Source: Candidatus Eiseniibacteriota bacterium | Lineage (GTDB): Bacteria > Eisenbacteria > RBG-16-71-46 > JABDJR01 | Assembly: GCA_963783375.1 (NCBI GenBank) | Contig: CAWANH010000028.1 | Location: forward strand, 96,001 to 160,000 | Reading direction: 5' to 3' | Length of the DNA stretch: 64,000 nucleotides | Shown: in pieces, positions 29,755-41,221 of the stretch | Layout: every line of letters begins with the position of its first letter | Numbering within the stretch: the first letter of the stretch is position 1 | Notes under the pieces: model-generated | What the model was told of the DNA's origin: nothing | The model's input: the letters and a program-made list of their open reading frames with translations, nothing else | Database searches by the model: none | Made by a program: the position numbers and the translations under genes

Positions 29755-31395
29755 TCACCTGTCATGACTATCGTCATCATTCGTGTCGCCTCTCATCAAA
29801 CCATGCTTTCGCATCTTGTTGTGGAGGTTGGTCCGCGAGATCTGAAGCGTTCGTGCGGCCCGGGAGACCACGCCGTTCTGCCGGCTCAAGGCGTCGAGGA
29901 TGAGGCGCCTCTCGTAGCGTTGAACCGCTTCGGGAAGCGGGGCGCCGGCGACCGCCCGCTCCGAGGCCTCGGAGCGGCGGGGGGCGGGCCCCATGGGAAG
30001 CTCCTCCACCTCCACCAGGTCCCCCCGCTGCTTGAGCAATAGGCTCCGCTCGACCACGTTCCGGAGTTCGCGCACGTTCCCCGGCCACCCGTAGCCCAGG
30101 AGCACCTCCTCCGCCGCCGGAGAGAACCCGGACACCTTGCGGTTGGTTTCCCGCGCCAGATCCTCCAGGAAGCGCCGGGCCAGGGGGAGGATGTCGTCCC
30201 GCCGCTGGCGAAGGGGAGAGACGGTGAGGGTGATCACGTTGAGACGGTAGAAGAGATCCTCGCGAAACCGCCCCTGGCGGACGGCGAGCTGGGGGTCGGC
30301 GTTGGTGGCGGCCACCACGCGGACGTCCACGCTCCGGTCGCGGTTCTCCCCCACCCGGCGCACCTTCCGCTGCTCGAGCACGGTGAGGAGCTTGACCTGG
30401 GCCTCCGGAGGAAGCTCGGCCACCTCGTCGAGCAGGATGGTGCCGCCGTTCGCCTCCTCGAACAGGCCGTGGCGTTCGCGGTCCGCACCGGTGAACGCGC
30501 CCTTGGCGTGCCCGAAGAGTTCGCTCTCCACCAGACCGGGAGCCACCGCCCCGCAGTTGACCTCCACGAACGCCCCCTCCCGCCGGGCGCTCAGGTTGTG
30601 GAGGATCCGGGCAACCAGGCTCTTTCCCGTTCCGCTCTCACCCAGGAGGAGCACGGTGGCGTCGGTGGCCGCCGCGGCCTCGACCTGCTGGGCGAGCTGC
30701 CTCATCACCGGGCTGGGGCCCCGGATCCAGGAGAGATCCGGGCGACGGCGGGGATCGGCCTCGAGCCGCTTGACCCGCCGCCCGAGGCTCCGCGCCTCGT
30801 CCCGGAGCCGGCGCACCAGGTCCGCGTTCCGGATGAACAGGGCGGCCTGGATGGCCAGGGCGGAGAGGAGCTTCAGGTCCCCGGCGCTGAAGAGGTCCCC
30901 GGCCCCCCGCTTGCCCAGGCAGATCACCCCGAGGACCTCCGTCCCCGCGGCCAGGGGGGCGGCCAGAAACGCGCGCGGGAGCTCCCCGGCGTGGGCCCGG
31001 GCGGCCAGCCGGCCCTTCCGGTCCGCGGGTTGGAGGCGAAGGCTGAGCGCCCGCGGGAGGTCGTCGACGACGTAGGGGAGGGCCCCCTCATCCGCCAGGG
31101 GCTCCAGGAGGGAGCGAGCCAGAAACTCCGAAACCGCCGGCTTGACTCCCTGGGAGGCGGTGGTCTCCAGCCGGCCGAGGGTTCCCCTTCGGGCCATCCA
31201 TCCCCCATCGGCCCGAAAGATCGCCGCGGTCTCCCGCACCAGGTACTCGTCGAGGTCCCCGATCCCCTCCGGCCGGGCCAGGACTGCGGCCAGACTGTGG
31301 ACGAAGTCCAGCTCCTCGAAGGTCCCGAGGAGTTTCTCGGTGATGTTCTCGAGACGGCGTTCCAACTCCGCCGCGTCGCGTGGCGCCAACTCCAC
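29755..31395 (-). CDS. Sigma54-dependent enhancer-binding protein: GAF-AAA+-Fis HTH
   Basis: GESGTGKS, ESELFGHAKGAFTGA, LDEV, FREDLFYRLN, WPGNVREL, AARTLQISRTNL; start at GTG 31395 or TTG 31389. Confidence 0.96.
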   Translation of the reverse strand: MELAPRDAAELERRLENITEKLLGTFEELDFVHSLAAVLARPEGIGDLDEYLVRETAAIFRADGGWMARRGTLGRLETTASQGVKPAVSEFLARSLLEPLADEGALPYVVDDLPRALSLRLQPADRKGRLAARAHAGELPRAFLAAPLAAGTEVLGVICLGKRGAGDLFSAGDLKLLSALAIQAALFIRNADLVRRLRDEARSLGRRVKRLEADPRRRPDLSWIRGPSPVMRQLAQQVEAAAATDATVLLLGESGTGKSLVARILHNLSARREGAFVEVNCGAVAPGLVESELFGHAKGAFTGADRERHGLFEEANGGTILLDEVAELPPEAQVKLLTVLEQRKVRRVGENRDRSVDVRVVAATNADPQLAVRQGRFREDLFYRLNVITLTVSPLRQRRDDILPLARRFLEDLARETNRKVSGFSPAAEEVLLGYGWPGNVRELRNVVERSLLLKQRGDLVEVEELPMGPAPRRSEASERAVAGAPLPEAVQRYERRLILDALSRQNGVVSRAARTLQISRTNLHNKMRKHGLMRGDTNDDDSHDR

Positions 31396-31417
31396 CTCCA
31401 GGGATCGAGGGGGGGAC

Positions 31418-31435
31418 TGACACCGATTATGACAC
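31418..31435. promoter_or_regulatory. Putative autoregulatory site of the bEBP
   Basis: TGACAC-cgatta-TGACAC just upstream of the bEBP start. Confidence 0.45.
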
Positions 31436-31545
31436 AGGGGCACGGGTTGTGACAGGTGAAGGAGGCTGAGGGTCGGAAGCCGGGCTCGAGTGGGGGGGTG
31501 CGGCCGGACCGGGGTGGGGCGTGACGATGGGGGACCCCCGGGAGG

Positions 31546-32229
31546 TCACCCCCGGCGGGCGCCCTCGCCGGCTCTCCGGATCGCCTCGACCATGCCGGCG
31601 GGATCGGGGGCCTTGAAGATCGCGCTCCCGGCCACCAGCACCTCGACCCCGGCCCGGACCGCGGCCGGGGCGGTCTCCACGTCGATCCCCCCGTCGATGT
31701 GGATGGCGTAGTCGTAGCCGTGGGCGCGCTTCAGCTCCAGCGCGCGCGTCGCCTTGGAGAGAACCTCCGGCATGAACGACTGTCCGCCGAACCCGGGGCG
31801 GACGCTCATCACCAGGAACACGTCGCACTCCCCCAGGAAGGGCTCGACCGCCTCGATCGGGGTCTCGGGGTTCAGGGTGATTCCCGCCCGGGCCCCCAGC
31901 CCCCGAATGCGGCGCAGGGTCGGAGACGGGTCGTCCAGGACTTCCACGTGCACGATCACCGCGTCCGAACCCGCCTTCACGAACTCCTCCAGGTACTTCC
32001 CGGGGTCGGTGATCATGAGGTGGGTGGAGAGGTGCAGATCGGTCAGGCGGTCGATGGCCCCGACGATCATCGGCCCGAAGGTGAGGTTGGGAACGTAGTG
32101 CCCGTCCATCACGTCCAGGTGCAGGAGGTCGGCGCCCCCCCGCTCCACCGTCCCGATCTCCTCGCCCAGGCGGCTGAAATCGGCGGAGAGGACGGATGGG
32201 GCGATGCGCAGACTATCGTGCTCAGCCAT
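31546..32229 (-). CDS. rpe: Ribulose-phosphate 3-epimerase
   Basis: IAPSVLSADF, HLDVMDGHYVPNLTFG, MSVRPGFGGQ, IDGG. Confidence 0.98.
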   Translation of the reverse strand: MAEHDSLRIAPSVLSADFSRLGEEIGTVERGGADLLHLDVMDGHYVPNLTFGPMIVGAIDRLTDLHLSTHLMITDPGKYLEEFVKAGSDAVIVHVEVLDDPSPTLRRIRGLGARAGITLNPETPIEAVEPFLGECDVFLVMSVRPGFGGQSFMPEVLSKATRALELKRAHGYDYAIHIDGGIDVETAPAAVRAGVEVLVAGSAIFKAPDPAGMVEAIRRAGEGARRG

Positions 32230-32280
32230 GAAGGCGCTCCTCTGAATGCGTTCCCGGCTCGCCGGCCCGAGGCCGCCCGG

Positions 32281-33039
32281 TCAATCGCCCGCCAACCGGA
32301 TGGCGTCGCCTCGCGACACCCCCGATCCGGGAGGGGGATCGGTGGAGACGATCCGCCGCCGGGCGAAACTGTAGGGGTCTTCGTCGTCGAGGATCACCTT
32401 GAACCCGGCGAAGCGGAGCTTGTCCGCGGTGAGCTGGAGTTCCTCACCCCGGAGATCCGGCAGGATCCAGGTGGCGGCCGGAGGGCCGTCGCTCACCAGA
32501 AGGCTCACCCGCGCTCCGGCATCCACCTCGACCCCGCCGGCCGGATCGCTGGCCATGACCAGATTTCGGGGGACGTCCCGCGAGGGCACCCGGAGAACGT
32601 CCCCGAGCAGATAGCCGTCCTGCCCGAGGGCGAGGCGCGCGAACCTGAGAGTCTGCCCCTCTACCGCGGGGAGGTGCTCCTCACGACGCCCCGCGCTCAC
32701 CACCAGGCGAACTCCCCGGTCGGGCTTGATCCGGGTCCCCCCGCGGGGATCCTGCTCCAACACCGTGCCCCGGGGAACGCTCGGGTCGGTCCGGTTCACG
32801 GTGTCCCGGACCGCAAGCCGCGCCTGGCTCAGGAGCGACCGGGCGTCGGCCAGGGACCTGCCGGTCACCTCCGGGATCTCGATCTCCTGACCGTGCCGGA
32901 CGAAACGGGGCATGACCACGTAGTTGAAAACCGCCGCCGCGGCCAGGAAGGCGAGAAACACGGGCACCACCACCCGCAACAATCGGAGGCCCCACGTGCG
33001 AAGCGCGTCTGGCGCTGGATGTCCGCCGGATTCGGTCAC
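32281..33039 (-). CDS. PASTA-domain membrane protein (3 PASTA repeats)
   Basis: N-terminal TM; IPEVTG...VLEQDP, LPAVEG...SDP, LPDLRG...TDP. Confidence 0.88.
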   Translation of the reverse strand: MTESGGHPAPDALRTWGLRLLRVVVPVFLAFLAAAAVFNYVVMPRFVRHGQEIEIPEVTGRSLADARSLLSQARLAVRDTVNRTDPSVPRGTVLEQDPRGGTRIKPDRGVRLVVSAGRREEHLPAVEGQTLRFARLALGQDGYLLGDVLRVPSRDVPRNLVMASDPAGGVEVDAGARVSLLVSDGPPAATWILPDLRGEELQLTADKLRFAGFKVILDDEDPYSFARRRIVSTDPPPGSGVSRGDAIRLAGD

Positions 33040-33068
33040 GGTTCGCGATCACTCCCTGGTAAAGCGCC

Positions 33069-34454
33069 TCATCCCTTTCGCCGCATCCGCGCGGCGAAGG
33101 ACCCGTCGGTCCCATGACGATGAGGGTAGAGGAGAACACACCCGTCCGTCACCGCCTCGGAAGGCACGAACTCCGACGCGTCCTGGAGCTCGTAATCGGG
33201 TCGATCACCCAGGAACCTTTCCACCTGCTCGAAACCTTCCTCCGGCTCGGTGCTGCACACGCTGTATACCAGCACCCCACCCGGGCGGACGTGGGACGCC
33301 CCCGCCCGAAGGAGGCCCCGCTCCAACACGGCCAGGCTCCGGAGCGACGTCTCGGTCTTCCGCCAGCGGGCGTCGGCGCGGCGGCCGAGCACCCCCAGAC
33401 CGCTGCAGGGGGCGTCCACCAGGACCCGGTCCACCGGGCGCGCCAGGCCCAGGGCCTGTCCGTCGGCGCAGACGATGGCCAGGTTCTCGACCCCCATCCG
33501 CACCCGGTTCTCCCTCACCCGGGCCAGCCGGTTCATCACCGTGTCCACCGCGATCAGGAGCCCCTTGGAACTCCGCCCTTCCTGGATCTGGGTGGCCTTC
33601 CCGCCCGGGGCGGCGGCGAGATCGAGCACGGTCTCCCCGGGCTCGGCCCCCAGAAGCTCGCCCACCAGGGTCTCGCTCTCGTCCTGCACGAAGAAATAGC
33701 CCTTCTCGAATTCGGGGAGGCCGGCCAGGACCAGGTTCCCCGCGACGCGCAGGGAGAGCCGGCTCAAGGGCGATGCCTCGGTGGCCACTCCGCGCGCGGC
33801 CAGGGCCCGGCGCAGGGTTTCGCGGTCGGTTCGCATGGGGTTCACCCGGAGCACCATCGGCCGGGGCTGATTGTTGGCGAGCATCAGCGCCCGCGTCTCC
33901 TCCTCCCCCAGCCGGCGAACCCAGCGCTCGACCAGCCAGCGGGGGTGGGAGCCCACCACCGACAGCGCCGCCGCCTTGTCCTCGATCACCCGCTCGGGGT
34001 CGGGGACCTCGCCCCCCTCACGGAGGATCTTCCGGAGCACGCCGTTCACCAGCCCCGCCGCCCCGGGGTTCGCGTAGCGCTTGGTCAGGATCACCGCCTC
34101 GTCCACCGCGGCGTGGGGAGGAATGCGGTCGAGAAAGAGGATCTGGTAGACCGCCATCCGCAGGATGTTCATGACCCAGGGATTCAGGGTGTCGAGGCCG
34201 GCCCGCACGAAGCGCTCCAGGATCCAGTCCAGCCGGGCCCGCCAGCGGAGCGTGCCGTTCACCAACTCGGTGGCGAAGGCGGCGTCCCGGGGGGAAAGGG
34301 GCTGCTGCTTGAGCTCCCGGTTGAGGAGGAGGTCGGCGAAGGCCTTGCGGGTGTCCACGTGGTAGAGCACGCCGAGGGCGATCTCGCGCGCGGACTTCGG
34401 ACGGGGTGGACGCTTCTGACGGGCGCGACCGCCCCCGGTGGGGCGGGCGCTCAT
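33069..34454 (-). CDS. rsmB: 16S rRNA m5C967 methyltransferase
   Basis: NusB-like N-domain, VQDES, DLAAAPGGK, DAPCSGLG, YSVCS; ATG overlaps the fmt stop. Confidence 0.95.
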   Translation of the reverse strand: MSARPTGGGRARQKRPPRPKSAREIALGVLYHVDTRKAFADLLLNRELKQQPLSPRDAAFATELVNGTLRWRARLDWILERFVRAGLDTLNPWVMNILRMAVYQILFLDRIPPHAAVDEAVILTKRYANPGAAGLVNGVLRKILREGGEVPDPERVIEDKAAALSVVGSHPRWLVERWVRRLGEEETRALMLANNQPRPMVLRVNPMRTDRETLRRALAARGVATEASPLSRLSLRVAGNLVLAGLPEFEKGYFFVQDESETLVGELLGAEPGETVLDLAAAPGGKATQIQEGRSSKGLLIAVDTVMNRLARVRENRVRMGVENLAIVCADGQALGLARPVDRVLVDAPCSGLGVLGRRADARWRKTETSLRSLAVLERGLLRAGASHVRPGGVLVYSVCSTEPEEGFEQVERFLGDRPDYELQDASEFVPSEAVTDGCVLLYPHRHGTDGSFAARMRRKG

Positions 34455-35425
34455 CGGGCCACCGCGGTCCGAAGGCTCAGATCGGGCGCCTCGGGAGGAG
34501 CGGTCAATCGGTCCCCGGGCGATAGGTTGCGTCCCCGGGCGAAGGCCGCCCCTTCCATGTCCCCTTTTCCCGGTGGCCGCACCTGGAGGAGGTCCACCGC
34601 TCCCCGGCCCGCGGCAACCCGCAAATGTCGGTGCGCGATCTCGAGCACGGTGTAGGGCGTCCCCGAGGCCTCGGGGACCGCGCGCGCCGCGCTCACCCCG
34701 ATCGCCTCGCCGCCGAGGAACACCCGGGCGCCCGGCGCCGGCGTGGTTCCCCGAAACTGGTTCAGCACGTCTTCGGCGGTGCGGGAGAAATCCAGGTGCC
34801 CGTGCTCGCGCTCGAGGCGCGGCGCGTAGCTCGCCCCTTCCTCGGGTTGGGGAAGCGAGCGCAACGCCCCTTCCGCGAGCCCCCGCAGGGTCTCGACCAG
34901 GAGCCCCCCGCCGGCCTCGGAGAGCCGGACCAGGAGTTCGCCCGCGGTCTCGAGCGGCCGCACCTCCAGCACCCGTCGTTCCAGGATGGGACCGGTGTCC
35001 ACGCCTTCGTCCATCAGCATGGTGGTGACCCCGGTGGTCCGCCGGCCGTGGATGAGGCTCCACTGAACCGGGGCCACCCCGCGGTAGGCGGGGAGAAGCG
35101 ATGCGTGCACGTTGACCGCGCCCAGCCGTCCCAGGGTGAGAAGCGGCCGTTTGAGGATGGCGCCGAAAGCGGTCACCACCACCACGTCGGGGGCCAGGGC
35201 CCGGAGCGCGTCCACCGAGGCCGCATCGTTGACCCGGGTCGGCTGGAGAACGGTGAGGCCGAGGGTCTCCGCCGTTTCCTTGACCGGAGGCGGGGCGAGC
35301 TTCCGTCCCCGCCCGGCGGGCTTGTCGGGACGTGTCACCACCGCGGCGACCTCGTGCCCCGCCTCCACCAGCGCGGTGAGGCTCGGGCAGGCGAACCCCG
35401 GAGTCCCCATGAACACGACCCGCAT
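34451..35425 (-). CDS. fmt: Methionyl-tRNA formyltransferase
   Basis: FMGTP, PDKPAGRG, NVHASLLPAYRG, DTGPI. Confidence 0.97.
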   Translation of the reverse strand: MRVVFMGTPGFACPSLTALVEAGHEVAAVVTRPDKPAGRGRKLAPPPVKETAETLGLTVLQPTRVNDAASVDALRALAPDVVVVTAFGAILKRPLLTLGRLGAVNVHASLLPAYRGVAPVQWSLIHGRRTTGVTTMLMDEGVDTGPILERRVLEVRPLETAGELLVRLSEAGGGLLVETLRGLAEGALRSLPQPEEGASYAPRLEREHGHLDFSRTAEDVLNQFRGTTPAPGARVFLGGEAIGVSAARAVPEASGTPYTVLEIAHRHLRVAAGRGAVDLLQVRPPGKGDMEGAAFARGRNLSPGDRLTAPPEAPDLSLRTAVAR

Positions 35426-35434
35426 AACGATCCC

Positions 35435-35962
35435 CTACTCCCCGGTGTCGAGCTGCCCGGCGGCCAGCTTCTTGAGTTTCTTGGCCAGGAGGCTCCGGCG
35501 CACCGGGCTCAGCCGGTCCACGAAGAGCACGCCGTTCAGGTGGTCGATCTCGTGCTGGACCGCGCGGGAGAGGAGCTGGGTGCACTCGAAGGAAATCGGC
35601 TGCCCGTCCAGGTCCAGCGCCTCCACCCGAAGCCAGTCATGGCGGGTGACGTCTTCCCGGAACCCGGGCACGCTCAGGCATCCCTCGGTCGCCTTCTGGG
35701 TATCCTTGAATTCGAGGATGCGGGGGTTGATGAGGGTGCCGGTGAAGTTCCCCCCGTCCTCCAGGGGCACGTCGAAGACGGCGATCCGGCGACTCACCCC
35801 GATTTGCGGGCCGGCCAGGCCCACCCCTTCCTCCTCGTACATCACCTGGAACATCCGCTCGGCAAGCTCCTTCAACTCGGGTCCGAACTCCGTGATCTCC
35901 TCGGAGCGGCTGCGGAGCACCGGGTCGCCGTAGATTCTGAGCTTGAGTTCCTCGAGGCTCAT
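35435..35962 (-). CDS. def: Peptide deformylase
   Basis: GVGLAGPQ, EGCLS, QHEIDHLNG. Confidence 0.98.
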   Translation of the reverse strand: MSLEELKLRIYGDPVLRSRSEEITEFGPELKELAERMFQVMYEEEGVGLAGPQIGVSRRIAVFDVPLEDGGNFTGTLINPRILEFKDTQKATEGCLSVPGFREDVTRHDWLRVEALDLDGQPISFECTQLLSRAVQHEIDHLNGVLFVDRLSPVRRSLLAKKLKKLAAGQLDTGE

Positions 35963-36291
35963 CAGGCCTCCCGGCCCTTCTGGACCACGCTGGAGATGGA
36001 CGATTTCAGCACCTCGACCTTCACCTGGTCGGCGATCTTCAGCACCGCCACGTTGTCCTTGAGGCCGACCACGGTGCCGAAGAGGCCGCCGTTGGTGAGA
36101 ACGCGGTCCCCCTGCTTCAGGGCCTCGAGCATGCGGGCCATGTCCCGCTGGCGCTTGTTCTGGGGCCGGATCACCAGGAAGTAGAAGATCGCGAAGATGA
36201 GGATGATGGGAAGCAGGGTGATGATCATGCTCCCGCCGCCTCCACCGCCTCCCGATCCCTGGGGGGGAGCCATCAACAAAATGGGTTGCAT
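35962..36291 (-). CDS. yajC: Preprotein translocase subunit YajC
   Basis: FYFLVIRPQNKR, LKQGDRVLTNGGLFG. Confidence 0.95.
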   Translation of the reverse strand: MQPILLMAPPQGSGGGGGGGSMIITLLPIILIFAIFYFLVIRPQNKRQRDMARMLEALKQGDRVLTNGGLFGTVVGLKDNVAVLKIADQVKVEVLKSSISSVVQKGREA

Positions 36292-36363
36292 CTCTGTCTG
36301 GCCTCTTGGTTCTTTCCGCCCGGCTGCGGTCGGGCGAGGGTTATGTCCGCCGGGGGCCGCCGC

Positions 36364-38578
<2,215 letters not shown>

Positions 38579-38752
38579 GGGCCGCCCGTTCGGGGTGGCG
38601 ACCGGCGCGCTTGGGGCTTCACGCATAGCCCGGGTCCTGGCGCCGGAGCGGGTTCAGGGTCACGCTCGGAGCCAGCATGGTAGCCAAGGGGAGGGTGGCG
38701 GTCCACCCCTTCCCTCGAGTAGCCGGGGCTCCCCGGAGGACCCCCGGCCGCG

Positions 38753-39790
38753 CTACGAGGCCTCGAAGATGTCCCGCTGGGGGACGGGTCCGCCGCCGCG
38801 CGTGATCCCCAGATGCCGGTAGGCGCGGTCGGTGGCCACCCGGCCCCGCGGGGTGCGTTCGATGAACCCCTGCTGGAGGAGGAAGGGTTCGTAGACGTCT
38901 TCCAGGGTTTCGGGTTCCTCGCTCACCGTGGCGGCCAGGGTGCCGAGACCGGTGGGGCCGCCGCCGTACTTGGTGATGAGGGCTTCGAGATACCGGCGGT
39001 CCATGGGGTCGAGGCCCAGGGTGTCCACCTGGAGGAGGTCGAGGGCGGCGGTGGCGACCTCAGCGGTGATGACGCCGTCGGCGCGAACCTGGGCGTAGTC
39101 GCGGATCCGGCGGAGGAGGCGGTTGGCGATCCGCGGGGTGCCGCGGGAGCGGCGGGCCACCTCGGTCCGGCCCGAGGCGTCGATCCGGACGTCGAGGATC
39201 CCCGCGGTGCGATCCACGATCACCTCCAGCTCCTCGGGGCGATAGTAGTCCAGCCGGTGGATCATGCCGAAGCGGGCGCGAAGCGGTGAGGTGAGGAGAC
39301 CGGCCCGGGTAGTGGCGCCGATCAGGGTGAAGGGGGAGAGCGCCAGCCGCACCGAACGGGCGCCGGGCCCGCGGTCGATCATGATGTCGAGGTTGTAGTC
39401 CTCCATGGCCGGGTAGAGGTACTCCTCGATCGAGGGATGGAGACGGTGAACCTCGTCGATGAAGAGGATCCCGCGTTCGCCGAGGTTGGTGAGGAGGCCG
39501 GCCAGGTCGCCCGGCCGCTCCAGCACCGGGCCCGAGGTATAGATGATGGGAACGTCGAGTTCGGCGGCCACGATGGCGGCGAGGGTGGTCTTGCCCAGCC
39601 CCGGCGGGCCGTAGAGAAGCAGGTGGTCCACGGCCTCCCCGCGGGCGCGGGCCGCCTCCAGGGCGATCCGGAGGTTCTCGCGAAGCCCGTCCTGGCCCAC
39701 GAAGTCGTCCAGCCGGCGGGGCCGGAGCGAGGTGTCGAGGCCGGACTCCTCGACCTGGAGAATGGGATCGGTGATGCCGCGAGAGGTCAT
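38753..39790 (-). CDS. ruvB: Holliday junction helicase RuvB
   Basis: [44 protein letters not shown]. Confidence 0.98.
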   Translation of the reverse strand: MTSRGITDPILQVEESGLDTSLRPRRLDDFVGQDGLRENLRIALEAARARGEAVDHLLLYGPPGLGKTTLAAIVAAELDVPIIYTSGPVLERPGDLAGLLTNLGERGILFIDEVHRLHPSIEEYLYPAMEDYNLDIMIDRGPGARSVRLALSPFTLIGATTRAGLLTSPLRARFGMIHRLDYYRPEELEVIVDRTAGILDVRIDASGRTEVARRSRGTPRIANRLLRRIRDYAQVRADGVITAEVATAALDLLQVDTLGLDPMDRRYLEALITKYGGGPTGLGTLAATVSEEPETLEDVYEPFLLQQGFIERTPRGRVATDRAYRHLGITRGGGPVPQRDIFEAS

Positions 39791-39997
39791 GGATTCCTCG
39801 GGAGGGTGAAACCGTATCAACGCTAGCACAGGGAATGGGCACCCACAACGGGCGGAGACCCCGGCAGGGGTCCGCGGCGCCGCGCGCCGGGGACGGCGGC
39901 GCCCGGCCAGAGAGCCGGAGCGGCGCCCCGCGCGGCCGTCGGGCCCGGGCCCGGGAGAGCTTCTGCTAGACTCCAGGGCGAAGGACGTCACCAACCC

Positions 39998-40315
39998 ATG
40001 GAAATGCGCTTGAAAGGACCGGGATCGACGTTGAGCAAGACGCAGTCCGGCGGCGGAACTCCAGAGCCGCTTTCGGAGGAGGCGCGGATCGAGACCCTGA
40101 AGATCCGGCGCCTTCGCACCCTTGTCGACCTGGCCTCGAGCCTTCTTCGCCAGACCGACATGCCGCTGACCGAGGCGGTGCGGCTGGTGCAGGCGGTGCG
40201 GAAGCAGGCGCTCGATCTCTTCCCGGGGAAGGAACGCACCTTCGATCTCATCTACGCCCCCCGGTTCGCGCGCATCCTCCGGGAGAAGTACGGGATCGAA
40301 TCCGAGGCGGGGTGA
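39998..40315 (+). CDS. Small helical hypothetical protein
   Basis: Coding-like GC3; RRLRTLVDL...[17 protein letters not shown]; start uncertain. Confidence 0.7.
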   Translation: MEMRLKGPGSTLSKTQSGGGTPEPLSEEARIETLKIRRLRTLVDLASSLLRQTDMPLTEAVRLVQAVRKQALDLFPGKERTFDLIYAPRFARILREKYGIESEAG

Positions 40316-40319
40316 CCGC

Positions 40320-40967
40320 TCAACCCAGGAGCAGCCGCTCCAACTCCTCCGGGGAGCGGACCAGCACCAGGGCCTCGAACTCCTCGAACTCGCGCGGCGG
40401 ATGGGTGCCCCAGAGCACGGTCACCACCGCGACCCCGGCCCCCCGGCCCGCCCGCACGTCGAGGGGACTGTCCCCGATGTAGACCGCGTCCTCGGGACGG
40501 GCCCCGGTGTGCTCCAGGATGCGGAGTATGCCGTGGGGGGCGGGCTTGGATTCCGGCACCTCCTCACCGGTCACCGTGAACTCGAAGAGCCCGGCGAGAC
40601 CCATGGTCCCGAGGATCCGATCGGTGCTGGGCCGGCCCCGGCCGGTGAAGAGGGCGGTCCGCCGGCCGGCGGCGCGGAGCCGCTCGATCAGCTCCACCAT
40701 GCCCGGAAAGGGGCCCAGCCCCTTGAACCGGCGCTCGTAGGAGGCATAGAGCCGCGCGACCGCCTCCGCCGCGCGTTCGGGCCCCACCCAATCGGCGATG
40801 ATCTCCTGATCCGCGGGACCCATCCGGGCCAGGATCTCGTCCTGGTCGGGGACGTAGCCCAGGGCGGGGCCGAGAGCGTCCTGGAAGGCCCTGAAGGTGG
40901 CGTCCATGGTGTCCACCACGGTGCCGTCCAGATCGAAAATGACGAGGGAGCGCGGCGGCTGGTTCAT
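40320..40967 (-). CDS. HAD-family phosphatase (Gph/PpaX-like)
   Basis: [18 protein letters not shown]. Confidence 0.92.
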   Translation of the reverse strand: MNQPPRSLVIFDLDGTVVDTMDATFRAFQDALGPALGYVPDQDEILARMGPADQEIIADWVGPERAAEAVARLYASYERRFKGLGPFPGMVELIERLRAAGRRTALFTGRGRPSTDRILGTMGLAGLFEFTVTGEEVPESKPAPHGILRILEHTGARPEDAVYIGDSPLDVRAGRGAGVAVVTVLWGTHPPREFEEFEALVLVRSPEELERLLLG

Positions 40968-41055
40968 GGCGCACAAGTGGAACGGAGACGGCGAGGCCCC
41001 GTCAAGCCGTTGCGAAATCGTGCTGGAAACCGTTGCCCCATAGCGAGTTAACCGG

Positions 41056-41084
41056 TTGACAGTCCGGGGCGGTCTCCCTATAGT
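41056..41084 (+). promoter_or_regulatory. Sigma70 promoter of the NSS transporter operon
   Basis: TTGACA-N17-TATAGT. Confidence 0.8.
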
Positions 41085-41107
41085 GCGCCCAACGTGCCGT
41101 CCCCTCC

Positions 41108-41216
41108 CATCGACGACGCCGGTCCGGGTCATGCATGGAGCCGCGTCGCGAGGTGGAGCGGATGGCCTCCGCAGCAACGGGTCGATCGATGATCCGGACT
41201 GGAACCCTGGAGGTTC
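41108..41216 (+). promoter_or_regulatory. Structured 5' leader (candidate riboswitch)
   Basis: 14-bp stem 41119-41132/41189-41202, alternative pairing 41108-41117/41181-41191, SD-occluding hairpin 41202-41216. Confidence 0.4.
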
Positions 41217-41221
41217 ACCCC

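Noticed and set aside
29755-31459. 10-bp inverted repeat TGACAGGTGA flanking the bEBP gene, read as transposon ends
   Set aside because: No transposase or target duplication; more simply regulator half-sites
36230-36270. GGN-rich run in yajC read as a contingency repeat
   Set aside because: Encodes an in-frame Gly linker with mixed codons
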